Positions 39,338 through 50,163 of a stretch of 64,000 bases of DNA are shown here, one piece after another. The notes beneath the pieces are model-generated. The model saw only the letters and a program-made list of their open reading frames with translations, had not been told where the DNA came from and ran no database searches. This DNA comes from an uncultured delta proteobacterium. Lineage in GTDB: Bacteria; Myxococcota_A; Polyangia; Polyangiales; Polyangiaceae. The stretch spans positions 608,001-672,000 of the forward strand of contig CAWAIF010000003.1 of assembly GCA_963782055.1 (NCBI GenBank), in the 5' to 3' direction. The translations under genes and the position numbers were made by a program. Every line of letters begins with the position of its first letter. Positions within the stretch are counted from its first letter, which is position 1.

Positions 39338-39763
39338 CTACGGGCAGTCGACCGAGACGTCGTGCGTGCGCTGCGCCGCGTCGCCGCTCAGGTTGACCTG
39401 CACGCCGGTGCCGCAGAGCGTGTCCTTGTGGGCGGACAGCGTGGCCGAGCCCTTCCAGGAGAGGGTGACCTTCTGGCCCGCGGCGATGTCCACGTTGGCG
39501 GCCGACCCGCTCGGCGAGACGAGCTGGATCTGCGTGCCGTAGCCGTGCGGGTCCTGCCAGACGAGCGTGGCCGTCGGCGGGTTGACGAGCGAGTCCACGG
39601 TGTCGGTGTTCTCGTACTGCGCGGTGATGGTGACGTTGACCGCGAGCGTCGACTCGTTGACCGAAACGCTCACGTCCTCCGAGTTCACCTTGACCGAGCT
39701 GGTGGAGTTGCTCGCGCTGCACGCGACGAGGGAGAGCGAGGCGAGAAGGAGTGCGGTGCGCAT
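39338..39763 (-). CDS. Small hypothetical lipoprotein
   Basis: MRTALLLASLSLVAC lipobox; beta-rich Ser/Thr/Val sequence; two C-terminal Cys. Confidence 0.75.
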   Translation of the reverse strand: MRTALLLASLSLVACSASNSTSSVKVNSEDVSVSVNESTLAVNVTITAQYENTDTVDSLVNPPTATLVWQDPHGYGTQIQLVSPSGSAANVDIAAGQKVTLSWKGSATLSAHKDTLCGTGVQVNLSGDAAQRTHDVSVDCP

Positions 39764-39830
39764 GCCCGGGCAATAGTGCAAGCGTCCGTCGTGGTCCAGC
39801 GGGAAGGCGACCGGCCGCCCGCCGTCCTGC

Positions 39831-41141
39831 TCACGCCTCGACGCGGCCGAGCACCAGGGTGCGCGCCGGCGGGGCCTCCGGGGCGATCGTGTACGCACCG
39901 CGGACCCGCTCCTCCACCGCGGCGTCGCGCCCCCGGAGGTGCAGGATGGCGAGCTCCTGCCCGCGTGTCACGGCGTCGCCCGGCTTGGCCAGCACGGTGA
40001 TCCCCACCGCCTTGTCGACGTCCTGGTCGGCGCGTGTCCGCCCCGCGCCCATCGCCACCGCGGCGCGACCGATGGCCAGCGCGTCGGCGCGCGCCACGAA
40101 GCCGTCCTTCTCCGCGGTGACCGGCACCCTCACCGGCGCCACCTCCAGCAGGCCGGGGTCGGCCACCACGCGCGGGTCCCCGTGCTGCGCCTCGATCATC
40201 CGCTCGAGCACGCGCGCGGCGGCGCCCGAATTGATTGTATCATACAACAAAGGCACCGCCGTCAGGGTGTCCGGCGCCTTGCCGCCGAGCACCAGCATCT
40301 CCGCCGCCAGCGCCATCGTCACCTCGGTGACGTCGCCGGGGCCGCGGCCGTGGAGGATCTCGATGGCCTCGCGCGTCTCGAGGGCGTTGCCCACGGCCTT
40401 GCCCAGGGGCGCCTCCATGGCGGTGAGCAGCGCGACCACCTTCTTGCCGGCGCGGGTGCCCACGCGCACGAGCGCCTCGGCGAGGGCGCGCGCGTGCTCG
40501 ACGTCCTTCATGAAGGCGCCGGAGCCCACCTTCACGTCGAGCACCAGGCCGTCGATGCCCTCCGCCAGCTTCTTGGAGAGGATGGAGGCGACGATGAGGG
40601 GGACGCACTCGACCGTCGCCGTGACGTCTCGCAGGGCGTAGATGCGCTTGTCGGCCGGGGCGATGTCGCGCGTCTGGCCGATCATGCAGGTGCCCACGTC
40701 GCCGACGATGCGGGTGAAGTCGGCGACCGAGAGATCGGTGCGGAAGCCGGGGATCGCCTCCAGCTTGTCCAGCGTGCCGCCGGTGTGGCCCAGGCCGCGC
40801 CCGCTGACCATCGGCACCGGGACGCCGCACGCGGCGACCAGCGGCGCCAGGGCGATGGACACCTTGTCCCCGACGCCGCCGGTGGAGTGCTTGTCCACCT
40901 TGATGCCCGGCACGCCGGAGAGGTCGATGACCGTCCCGCTGCGGAGCATGGCGTCGGTGAGGGCCACGGTCTCGGCGTCGGTCATGCCGCGGAAGAAGAC
41001 CGCCATGAGGAAGGCGGCCATCTGGTAGTCGGTGACCTTGCCGTCCAAGAAGTCCCGGACGAGGCGGCGGATCTCCTCCTCGGCCAGCGCCTCGCCGTCG
41101 CGCTTCGCCCCGAGGATCTCCACCGTCGAACGCAAAATCAT
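39831..41141 (-). CDS. pdp: Thymidine/pyrimidine-nucleoside phosphorylase
   Basis: DKHSTGGVGDK, SGRGLGHTGGTLDKLEAIPG, ALRDVTATV, SKKLA, DVKVGSGAFM. Confidence 0.96.
   Translation of the reverse strand: MILRSTVEILGAKRDGEALAEEEIRRLVRDFLDGKVTDYQMAAFLMAVFFRGMTDAETVALTDAMLRSGTVIDLSGVPGIKVDKHSTGGVGDKVSIALAPLVAACGVPVPMVSGRGLGHTGGTLDKLEAIPGFRTDLSVADFTRIVGDVGTCMIGQTRDIAPADKRIYALRDVTATVECVPLIVASILSKKLAEGIDGLVLDVKVGSGAFMKDVEHARALAEALVRVGTRAGKKVVALLTAMEAPLGKAVGNALETREAIEILHGRGPGDVTEVTMALAAEMLVLGGKAPDTLTAVPLLYDTINSGAAARVLERMIEAQHGDPRVVADPGLLEVAPVRVPVTAEKDGFVARADALAIGRAAVAMGAGRTRADQDVDKAVGITVLAKPGDAVTRGQELAILHLRGRDAAVEERVRGAYTIAPEAPPARTLVLGRVEA
40235..40247. repeat. Intragenic 13-bp palindrome, copy 6 (TTGTA-TCA-TACAA) inside pdp
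   Basis: Perfect TTGTAT-C-ATACAA inside a 23-nt AT island (40229-40251); codons CCT TTG TTG TAT GAT ACA ATC AAT. Confidence 0.7.
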
Positions 41142-41177
41142 GATGGTCCGGACTGTAGCCGAACTATGCTCCCGCCG

Positions 41178-41729
41178 ATGACCAAACCCATGGTGCTGGC
41201 GGCGTTGATCCTCGCCCTCGCCGCCTGTGACAAGAAGCCTCCGCCCTCGCCCGAGACGACGACCGCCACCGCCGACACGCCGCCGCCCTCGGCCTCGGCG
41301 CCGCCGAGCGCATCCCTCGCGGACGATGCCGCGCCCGCCGACTCGGCGTCGACGGCGGCGTCCGCGTCCGCGGCGCCGTCCGCATCCGCGGCCACCGGCG
41401 GCGCCACCGCGCTGGCCAACCCGTCGGGCGCCGGCGTGTGCGGCAAGAAGCCGCTGCCCTACTGCCCGCTGCAGGGGTGGATGAAGAAGAACACCGGCCC
41501 CGACATGAACGCGAAGGACTTCGCCGCCGTGGCGAAGGACCTCGACACCATCGCCACCTTCGCGCCCAAGGGGCCCGGCTACCCGCACTGGGTGTCCATC
41601 TCCAAGGACGGCGCGAACGCGGCGAAGGCCGCCGACCTGAAGGCGGTGAAGGCCGCGTGCCGCGGCTGCCACGACCAGTACAAGAAGACCTACCGGGCCG
41701 AGCTTCGGACGCGTCCCATCCCGCCGTGA
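41178..41729 (+). CDS. Lipoprotein monoheme cytochrome c (C-terminal CxxCH, cytochrome c'-like)
   Basis: Lipobox LAAC; Ala/Ser/Pro linker; helical domain ending 'AACRGCHDQYK'. Confidence 0.8.
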   Translation: MTKPMVLAALILALAACDKKPPPSPETTTATADTPPPSASAPPSASLADDAAPADSASTAASASAAPSASAATGGATALANPSGAGVCGKKPLPYCPLQGWMKKNTGPDMNAKDFAAVAKDLDTIATFAPKGPGYPHWVSISKDGANAAKAADLKAVKAACRGCHDQYKKTYRAELRTRPIPP

Positions 41730-42760
41730 CGCGGAAGGCGATCCTCCCGAGAAAGGCGCGCGGGCCGGGGCGCCCGGAGGGCCGCTTCACGCAGCACCGC
41801 CGCATCGAGGGCATGCGCGAGCTGCTCGAGACGCACCCCGGCGGGGTGACCATCGAGGACCTCGCCAACGTGATGCGCGTGCACCCGCGCTCGGTGCGCC
41901 GCTACCTCTCCAGCCTGCGCGAACAGCTCGACCTCGAGCCGGTGCCGACGCAGCCCGGCGGGCCGAACCTCTGGCGCGTGAAGCCGGCGGAGCGCGGCCG
42001 CGCGGTGGCCCTGCGGCGCACGCAGGCGTACCTGCTGCTCGCCGCGCGCGCGGCGTTCGAGCCCCTGCGCGGCTCGGCGCTCTTCGACGAGCTGGACGTG
42101 GCGCACCGCCTGCTGCTCCAGCTCGCGCAGCGGCCGGTGCGCTCCGCGCAGACGGGCGACATACCGTCCGACGCGCGGCTGGAGGAGCGGCTCGTCGTGG
42201 CGTCGCCGCCGGCGACCTCCAGCGCGCCGAAGGGCGCGGAGATCGACGAGTTCTTCCGGGCGGTGGCCGAGCTGCGTACGCTCGCGTGCACCTCCGCGGG
42301 CGAACGCTTGACGTGTCATCCGTATGCGCTGGTGGTGGTGGACGGCGGGGTGGCGTGCGTCGCGCGCGACGTCCGCAGGCGCCGCGTGCGCGCCATCGCC
42401 CTGGCCGACGTGAGCGACGCGGCGGCGCAGGAAGCGCACTTCGAGCTGCCCCCCGACTTCGACGTGCAGCGCTACCTGCGCGGGCCGCTGGGCCTCGTGG
42501 TGGAGGAGGACGGACGGCGGGCGCTCATCGAGTTCGACGCGCAGGCGGCGGCGTCGGTGCGCGCGCGCAAGGTGCACCCCGCCCAGCGCGTCGCGGTGTC
42601 GCGCGACGGCCGGGTGCGCCTGTCCTTCCCGGTGGGCGACCTGGAGGCGCTGGCGAGCTGGGTGCTCGGCTTCGGCGAGCACGCGCGGGCGGTGGAGCCG
42701 CCGGACCTGGTCGCGCGGGTGCGCGAGCGCCTCGGCGCGGCGCTCGCCAAGTACCGCTAG
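41726..42760 (+). CDS. HTH-WYL-WCX (PafB/C-like) transcriptional regulator
   Basis: N-terminal HTH (TIEDLANVMRVHPRSVRRYL), 'HPYAL', 'FELPPDFDV', 'WVLGFGEHARAVEPPDL'; GTG overlaps the cytochrome stop. Confidence 0.85.
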   Translation: MTRKAILPRKARGPGRPEGRFTQHRRIEGMRELLETHPGGVTIEDLANVMRVHPRSVRRYLSSLREQLDLEPVPTQPGGPNLWRVKPAERGRAVALRRTQAYLLLAARAAFEPLRGSALFDELDVAHRLLLQLAQRPVRSAQTGDIPSDARLEERLVVASPPATSSAPKGAEIDEFFRAVAELRTLACTSAGERLTCHPYALVVVDGGVACVARDVRRRRVRAIALADVSDAAAQEAHFELPPDFDVQRYLRGPLGLVVEEDGRRALIEFDAQAAASVRARKVHPAQRVAVSRDGRVRLSFPVGDLEALASWVLGFGEHARAVEPPDLVARVRERLGAALAKYR

Positions 42761-42874
42761 CGCGCGCTGCACGTGACCGCGGCGAGCTTCGGCGCGGGCC
42801 CACCGGCCGGCGGGAGGGAGCCGCCCGGCTGGGCTGAGATTGCAAGCGTTTGTCCCCTGTGGGAGAAGTCCCCC

Positions 42875-44266
42875 ATGGCCACGCTTCCCGTCGTCCAGCC
42901 CAGCTCGAGCGAGCCCATCCTCCCGAAGAAGCCGCCCGTCGACCCGTCGACGCTGGTGCACAAACAGCTCCGGGACGGCCCCTTCTGGCAGCGGCTCCCC
43001 GCCTACAAGGACGTGAGCGAGGAGCAGTTCCTCGACCACACCTGGCAGGCCAAGCACACCATCACCAACGTCTCGAAGCTGCTGAAGGCGGTCGAGGGTC
43101 TGGTCTCGCCGGCGTTCATCGCCGACGCGGAGGCGGGCTTCCACAAGGCGCCGATGAGCGTGCGCGTCAGCCCCTACCTCCTCTCCCTCATCGACTGGGA
43201 GCACCCCTACCAGGACCCGCTCCGCATCCAGTTCATCCCGCTCGGCTCGCGCCTGCGGCCGGACCACCCCAAGCTCAACCTGGACTCGCTCAACGAGCAG
43301 GGAGACGCCCCGGTCGCGGGCCTCACGCACCGCTACCCGGACAAGGCGCTCTTTCTCCCGCTGGACACCTGCCCGGTCTACTGCCGCTTCTGCACGCGCA
43401 GCTACGCCGTCGGCATCGACACCGACGAGGTGGAGAAGGTCAAGCTGCGCGTCAACGAGGAGCGCTGGCAGCGCGCCTACCAGTACATCGCGTCGCGCCC
43501 CGAGCTGGAGGACATCGTCATCTCCGGGGGCGACGCCTATCAGCTCCGCGCCACGCAGCTCGAGGAGATCGGCAACGCGCTCCTGGCGATGCCCAACGTC
43601 CGCCGCATGCGCTTCGCCACCAAGGGCCCCGCGGTGATGCCGATGAAGCTGCTCACCGACGACGCCTGGGTGGACGCGCTCACGCGGGTGGTGGAGAGGG
43701 GCCGCAAGCTCCACAAGGAGGTGGTGCTCCACACGCACTTCAACCACCCCAAGGAGATCACCTCGATCACCCAGCGCGCGATGAACCGGCTCATGGAGCG
43801 CGGCGTCTTCGTGCGCAACCAGTCGGTGTTGCAGCGGCAAGTCAACGACACGCCGGAGGTGATGACGCTGCTGGTGAAGCGCCTCGGCCACGTCAACGTG
43901 CACCCGTACTACGTGTACGTGCACGATCTGGTGAAGGGCGTGGAGGATCTTCGCACGACGCTGGACACCGCGCTCTACCTGGAGAAGCACGTGCGCGGGT
44001 CGACGGCGGGCTTCAACACGCCGGTCTTCGTGGTGGACGCGCCGGGCGGCGGCGGCAAGCGCGACGCGCACTCCTACGAGTATTACGACCGGGAGACGGG
44101 CATCAGCGTGTTCACCGCCCCGTCGGTCAAGCCGGGGCAGTACTTCCTGTACTACGATCCCCTCGAGCACCTGAGCGAGGCGGCGCGCCGACGCTGGGCC
44201 GAGCCGCGCGAGCACGACATCATGATCAACGTGGCGCTGCAGCGGGCGAAGGAGCGGACGCGCTAG
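42875..44266 (+). CDS. KamA-family radical SAM protein (lysine 2,3-aminomutase-like)
   Basis: THRYPDK, CPVYCRFCTR, SGGD, HFNHP, NQSVL, DAPGGGGK (PLP Lys). Confidence 0.92.
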   Translation: MATLPVVQPSSSEPILPKKPPVDPSTLVHKQLRDGPFWQRLPAYKDVSEEQFLDHTWQAKHTITNVSKLLKAVEGLVSPAFIADAEAGFHKAPMSVRVSPYLLSLIDWEHPYQDPLRIQFIPLGSRLRPDHPKLNLDSLNEQGDAPVAGLTHRYPDKALFLPLDTCPVYCRFCTRSYAVGIDTDEVEKVKLRVNEERWQRAYQYIASRPELEDIVISGGDAYQLRATQLEEIGNALLAMPNVRRMRFATKGPAVMPMKLLTDDAWVDALTRVVERGRKLHKEVVLHTHFNHPKEITSITQRAMNRLMERGVFVRNQSVLQRQVNDTPEVMTLLVKRLGHVNVHPYYVYVHDLVKGVEDLRTTLDTALYLEKHVRGSTAGFNTPVFVVDAPGGGGKRDAHSYEYYDRETGISVFTAPSVKPGQYFLYYDPLEHLSEAARRRWAEPREHDIMINVALQRAKERTR

Positions 44267-44468
44267 CCGCCGGCGCCGCGCCCGCCGCCGAAGCGGACGC
44301 GCTCGCCGAAGCCGACGGGGCGCCGGCCTCCGCCCGCTCGGCGTCCTGCCGGTTGATCTCCTGCTGCACGCGCCCGGCGTACTTCACGCGGTACCACGCG
44401 TTGACCGTCACGATGGCGAGGATGAAGACGACGAAGACGCCAATCTCGAGCCGCGAGAACTTCGGCAT
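44226..44468 (-). CDS. Small membrane protein with Ala/Ser tail
   Basis: One TM helix; ATG abuts the upstream stop; the 3' end overlaps the KamA gene convergently. Confidence 0.6.
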   Translation of the reverse strand: MPKFSRLEIGVFVVFILAIVTVNAWYRVKYAGRVQQEINRQDAERAEAGAPSASASASASAAGAAPAASASAPSPAAAPR

Positions 44469-45311
44469 CTAGAACGCGTAGGCCAGGGCCAGGCGCCCGA
44501 CCAGGCGCGGTGACTGGTAGGACAGGCCGACGGCGGGGCCGAAGTCGATGAAGAGGCGTCGCTGCAGAAGCTCCAGCGACGCGGTGGGGCCGATGAAGTG
44601 GCGGGCGCCGCCCTCGGCATCGTCCCCGGTGCCGATCTCCTCCAGGTCCTGCCCGACGTACTCCAGCCCGAGCCGCACCGGACCCGCGAGGCGGTAGCTC
44701 GCACCCAGCATGACGAGCAGGTCCACCGCGTCGCGGTCCTCGGCGAAGACGTGCTCACCGTGGAGCGTGCCGGCGAGGCGCACCGGGCCGGCGTCGTAGG
44801 TGGCGGCGACCCGCGCGAACATCCCGCTCGCCTCGGTGCGGTCGAGCAGGTAGCCCCCGCCGAGCACCAGGCGGAAGTGGTGGCGCGCGGCGGCGAAGGG
44901 GGCGAAGCGCACGCCCGCCGTCATGCCGCCCTCCAGCGCGTCACCGAAGCCGATGACGCCCGTCGCGCCGACGGAGAGCATCGGCAGCAGGCCCACCTCC
45001 GCGTTCACCTCGCCCAGGCCGCCGACCGCGGCCGCGCACGTCGCGTCCCCTTGGTGACAGTTGGGGGCCACGTTGGAGGAGAAGGGCCGCGTCACGCTGC
45101 GCTCGCCGGCGTTGGAGAGCGTCAGCTCCGACCCCACCACCGCCTGCCACTGACCGGGGATGGTCGCGTCGTCGGTGTAGAGCCACGGCCGCTCCACCGT
45201 CCGCGGCGGCGGGGCCTTTCCGTCGTCGACGACGTCGCGCTGCTGCGCCAGCGCGCCTCCGGCCAGAAACGTCGTCATGCAGGCGGCGAGGAGCGAGGGG
45301 AGGGTGCGCAT
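44469..45311 (-). CDS. Exported protein, probable outer-membrane beta-barrel
   Basis: Signal peptide (ALA-Q), alternating beta-strand pattern, C-terminal 'RLALAYAF'. Confidence 0.65.
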   Translation of the reverse strand: MRTLPSLLAACMTTFLAGGALAQQRDVVDDGKAPPPRTVERPWLYTDDATIPGQWQAVVGSELTLSNAGERSVTRPFSSNVAPNCHQGDATCAAAVGGLGEVNAEVGLLPMLSVGATGVIGFGDALEGGMTAGVRFAPFAAARHHFRLVLGGGYLLDRTEASGMFARVAATYDAGPVRLAGTLHGEHVFAEDRDAVDLLVMLGASYRLAGPVRLGLEYVGQDLEEIGTGDDAEGGARHFIGPTASLELLQRRLFIDFGPAVGLSYQSPRLVGRLALAYAF

Positions 45312-45394
45312 GGGCGGCCAGAGTCTACGCGAAATCGCGGCCGGACCACAGGCGCCTCGTCCCCCGCCTCGGCCTTGAACTAGGATGCTGATCG

Positions 45395-46648
45395 ATGATG
45401 CCCCAGGGGGTCACGTCCTCGAACACGCTGGTCGGCGCGATCCTCTCGCGCCGGTACCGGTTGCTCTCGCCGCTCGGCGAGGGGGGCATGGGCCTCGTCT
45501 ACGCGGCGGAGTCCCTCGCCGACGGCCGGCGCGTCGCGATCAAGATCCTGCGGCCGGAGTTCCTGGGCGAGACGCAGGTGCGGGCGCGCTTCGTGGACGA
45601 GGCGCGCACCTGCATGCGCCTGAGCCACCCCAACATCCTGCGCGTGTTCGAGGTGGCCGAGGCCGAGGACGGCAGCCCCTACTTCGTGATGGAGCTGCTG
45701 GAGGGCGCGCCGCTCAACGCCTACATGCAGCCGGGCCATCGCCTCCCCGTCCCTCAGGCCGTCGCCGTCATGCAGGGCGTGCTCTCCGGCCTCGCCGCGG
45801 CGCACGCCCAGGGCGTGGTGCATCGCGACCTGAAGCCGGAGAACGTCTTCCTGGTGCGCGACCCCTCCGGTCAATCGCACGCCAAGCTCCTGGACTTCGG
45901 CATCGCCAAGGTGATGGACGTCGCCGGCGGGATGGGTGGCAAGACGCGCACCGGGATGCTCCTCGGCACGCCCGGGTACATGAGCCCGGAGCAGATCCGC
46001 AGCTCGCGCGACACCGACGCGCGCAGCAATCTCTGGAGCGTCGGCGTGCTCCTCTACGAGATGATCACCGGGCGACAGGCGTTCGTCGCGCCGACGGAGT
46101 TCGCGAAGCTCGCGCAGGTGCTCGGCGCCCAGCCCGAGCCCGTCGCCGCGGCGGACCCGCAGCTCGCGCCGCTCCAGCCCTTCTTCGACCGGGCCCTGCA
46201 GAAGGACCGCGCCCTGCGCTTCCAGTCCGCGCAGGAGATGAGCGCCGCCCTCGCCAGCGCGACGGGGAGCGCCGCGGCGGCCACGTCGCTCAGCCGTCCG
46301 CCTCCCTCGTCGGGTAGCTACACGCCCCCGGGCACCACCGGCGTCGTCTCCACCTCCGGTCCCACCCTCTCGTCGAGCGACGCCGTCCAGCGCATCAGCC
46401 TCCCCGCCGTCGACTCCGGTCCGGGGGGGACGCTGAGCAGCGGCGCAGGCCGCACCCCGTCGGCCCCGCCGCCGCCGCAGGTGCTCATGGTCCCGCCGGC
46501 GACGCCCAACCTGGACCCGCACTCCTTCGCCGGCCCGCGGGGCGAGACGAAGCGCGCCGGCGTGGCCCCGGCCGTGGTCGCGCTGCTCGTCCTGCTCGCC
46601 CTTGGCGCCGGCTTCCTGCTCGGCTTCGCCGTCGGGCGGATCGCTTGA
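45395..46648 (+). CDS. Hanks-type Ser/Thr protein kinase with C-terminal TM anchor
   Basis: GEGGMG, VAIK, HRDLKPEN, DFG, GTPGYMSPE. Confidence 0.95.
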   Translation: MMPQGVTSSNTLVGAILSRRYRLLSPLGEGGMGLVYAAESLADGRRVAIKILRPEFLGETQVRARFVDEARTCMRLSHPNILRVFEVAEAEDGSPYFVMELLEGAPLNAYMQPGHRLPVPQAVAVMQGVLSGLAAAHAQGVVHRDLKPENVFLVRDPSGQSHAKLLDFGIAKVMDVAGGMGGKTRTGMLLGTPGYMSPEQIRSSRDTDARSNLWSVGVLLYEMITGRQAFVAPTEFAKLAQVLGAQPEPVAAADPQLAPLQPFFDRALQKDRALRFQSAQEMSAALASATGSAAAATSLSRPPPSSGSYTPPGTTGVVSTSGPTLSSSDAVQRISLPAVDSGPGGTLSSGAGRTPSAPPPPQVLMVPPATPNLDPHSFAGPRGETKRAGVAPAVVALLVLLALGAGFLLGFAVGRIA

Positions 46649-46686
46649 TAGGGTGTGAATGACGAGGGTGGGCGTACATTGACTCG

Positions 46687-47592
46687 ATGACCCGGCGCGC
46701 GCTGCTCGTCTTCATCGACGGTATCGGCTACGGCGCGCGTGGCCCGCAGAACCCCTTCGACGGCGCGCCGGTCTCCGTCCTGGCGCCGCTAGGTGGCGGC
46801 GCGGGGCACCCCGGCGTCGTCTACGGAGCGCTCGACGCGAGCCTCGGGCACCCCGGGTTGCCGCAGAGCGCCACCGGCCAGGCGATCCTCTTCACCGGCG
46901 ACGACGCGATCGCGCTCGCCGGAGGCCACTGGAGCGGCAACCCGACCCCGCGCATCGCCTCGCTCGTCGCGCGGCGGAGCATCCTCGCGCGCGCGCGCGA
47001 GCGTGGGGGGACCTCCGCCTTCCTCAACGCCTACGACGCGCGCCGCGTCGCGCACGTCACGCGCGTCGTGCGGGGCGAGGAGCGCGCCAACCGGCGGCAT
47101 CCGCCCTCGGCATCCAGCTGGGCTGCGCTGGCCGGCGGCGGCGCGCTGCGCACCTTCGACGACGTGCGCGCCGGGCGCGCGGCCACCTTCGACCTCACCG
47201 GCGAGCTGCTCGGCCACTTCGGTGTCGACGCGCCGCGCGTGACCATCGCCGGCGCCGCGGCCGCCGTCGCGAGGGGCGCGGCGGAGGTGGACCTGGCCCT
47301 CTTCGAGCTCTTCCTGACCGACAAGGCGGGGCACGCCCAGGACGTGGGCTGGGCGCGGCACGAGCTCTTCCGGACCGACCTCTTCCTGCGCGAGCTGCTG
47401 CGGGCTGTCGAGCCGCTCGAGCAGCTCGTCGTGGTCACCAGCGACCACGGCAACCTGGAGGACCTCTCGACGCGGAGCCACACCCGCAACCCGGTGCCGC
47501 TCGCCGCGTTCGGCCGGGACGCCGCGGATTTCGTCGCCGGCGCCACCAGCCTGCTCGACGTCGCGCCACGGCTTCTCGCCCACTCCGCGTGA
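46687..47592 (+). CDS. Metalloenzyme of the alkaline-phosphatase/phosphopentomutase superfamily
   Basis: FIDGIG, PQSATGQ, TDKAGH, TSDHGN, SHTRNPVP. Confidence 0.85.
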   Translation: MTRRALLVFIDGIGYGARGPQNPFDGAPVSVLAPLGGGAGHPGVVYGALDASLGHPGLPQSATGQAILFTGDDAIALAGGHWSGNPTPRIASLVARRSILARARERGGTSAFLNAYDARRVAHVTRVVRGEERANRRHPPSASSWAALAGGGALRTFDDVRAGRAATFDLTGELLGHFGVDAPRVTIAGAAAAVARGAAEVDLALFELFLTDKAGHAQDVGWARHELFRTDLFLRELLRAVEPLEQLVVVTSDHGNLEDLSTRSHTRNPVPLAAFGRDAADFVAGATSLLDVAPRLLAHSA

Positions 47593-47699
47593 GGGCGCGC
47601 CCGCGCCTGGCCAGGATCCTCTGCCGGACGGTCATGTGGGGGCGCCTGCCCTGATGGCCGTTGCTGCCCCGCGTGTTTGCTTGCTACCTTGACCAGGCC

Positions 47700-48236
47700 A
47701 TGAGTGACGCGATCGACCCGAAGTACCTCGAGATCTTCCCTGCCTGGCTGCGCTCTCTCGGCGAAGACGCCGGCGCGCTGGGTACCATCGTGGCCAGCGA
47801 CGCGTCGGAGGGCGTGCGGCGCCACGTCATCGCCGGGCTCAACTACATCTTCAAGTCGCTCGACCTCATCCCCGACGGCATCGACGATCTCGGCTTCCTG
47901 GACGACGCCTTCGTCCTGCGCGTGGCCGCGTCGCTCGCCGTCGCGGAGGACGCCGCCGCCAAGACCGGCCGCCTGGAGGAGCTGGCGCTGGACGCCGCGC
48001 AGCTCAAGGAGTTCCTCGGTGCCGACTACGATCGCCTGGAGACGTACGTGAAGGGGCTCGGCAAGGGCGCCGCGCGCGGCCGCACCGTCGACGACATCAT
48101 CGGCGACGAGGCGCAGCGCACGGAGTTCACGCACGAGGTCGCCGCCTGGGCGAAGGACTACCAGGCCCCCACCTTCACCCGCGACGTCAAGACGCTGCTG
48201 AAGCTCAAGGCGTTCCTGAGCGCCAAGCTGCCCTGA
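47700..48236 (+). CDS. DUF1232/YkvA-like protein
   Basis: 'YIFKSLDLIPDGIDDLGFLDDAFVL' signature. Confidence 0.8.
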   Translation: MSDAIDPKYLEIFPAWLRSLGEDAGALGTIVASDASEGVRRHVIAGLNYIFKSLDLIPDGIDDLGFLDDAFVLRVAASLAVAEDAAAKTGRLEELALDAAQLKEFLGADYDRLETYVKGLGKGAARGRTVDDIIGDEAQRTEFTHEVAAWAKDYQAPTFTRDVKTLLKLKAFLSAKLP

Positions 48237-48267
48237 GAGGATGTGAGCTTCGCTCACATCCCTCTCA
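48234..48267 (+). terminator. Stem-loop between convergent genes; also the first module of an intergenic repeat
   Basis: TGAGAGGATGTGAGC-TTC-GCTCACATC(C)CTCTCA, a 15-bp stem with one bulge; no U-tract. Confidence 0.6.
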
Positions 48268-48326
48268 GTGATGTCTCAATTGCGCGGGGCTCCTCCCCAC
48301 GCAGGCCCTCCGCTGACGCGTCGGGC
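48234..48326 (+). repeat. Modular intergenic repeat, copy 1
   Basis: 48234-48257 is identical to the reverse complement of 55877-55900; 48292-48326 matches the reverse complement of 54279-54312 (2 mismatches, 1 indel). Confidence 0.8.
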
Positions 48327-48382
48327 GTCGGGCGTCGGGCGTGGCATCACGGAGCAAGACGGGCGAGCGGCGGCGTCGCTCG

Positions 48383-50107
<1,725 letters not shown>

Positions 50108-50163
50108 CGGTCAGCTTTGCAGCGTACCAGAAGAAGTGGAGGTCGGGAGGCTTCGCGATGCGT

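Noticed and set aside
40230..40257. dif-like site: minus strand GGTGCCTTTGT-TGTATG-ATACAATCAAT matches E. coli dif at 17 of 28 positions
   Set aside because: The conserved inner ATAA/TTAT Xer contacts are absent, it lies inside a CDS, and it fits the 13-bp palindrome family better.
42308..42319. Palindrome TTGAC-GT-GTCAT with rare codons inside the WYL gene
   Set aside because: A single occurrence with a different core and spacing from the 13-bp family; not distinguishable from chance.
42875..44266. EF-P modification enzyme EpmB
   Set aside because: At 463 aa it is longer than typical EpmB and has no efp or epmA neighbour; left as KamA family.
50117..50129. Near-match TTGCA-GCG-TACCA upstream of the coiled-coil kinase
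   Set aside because: Core mismatch, and it overlaps a probable -10 element (TACGCT on the minus strand), which explains its composition.
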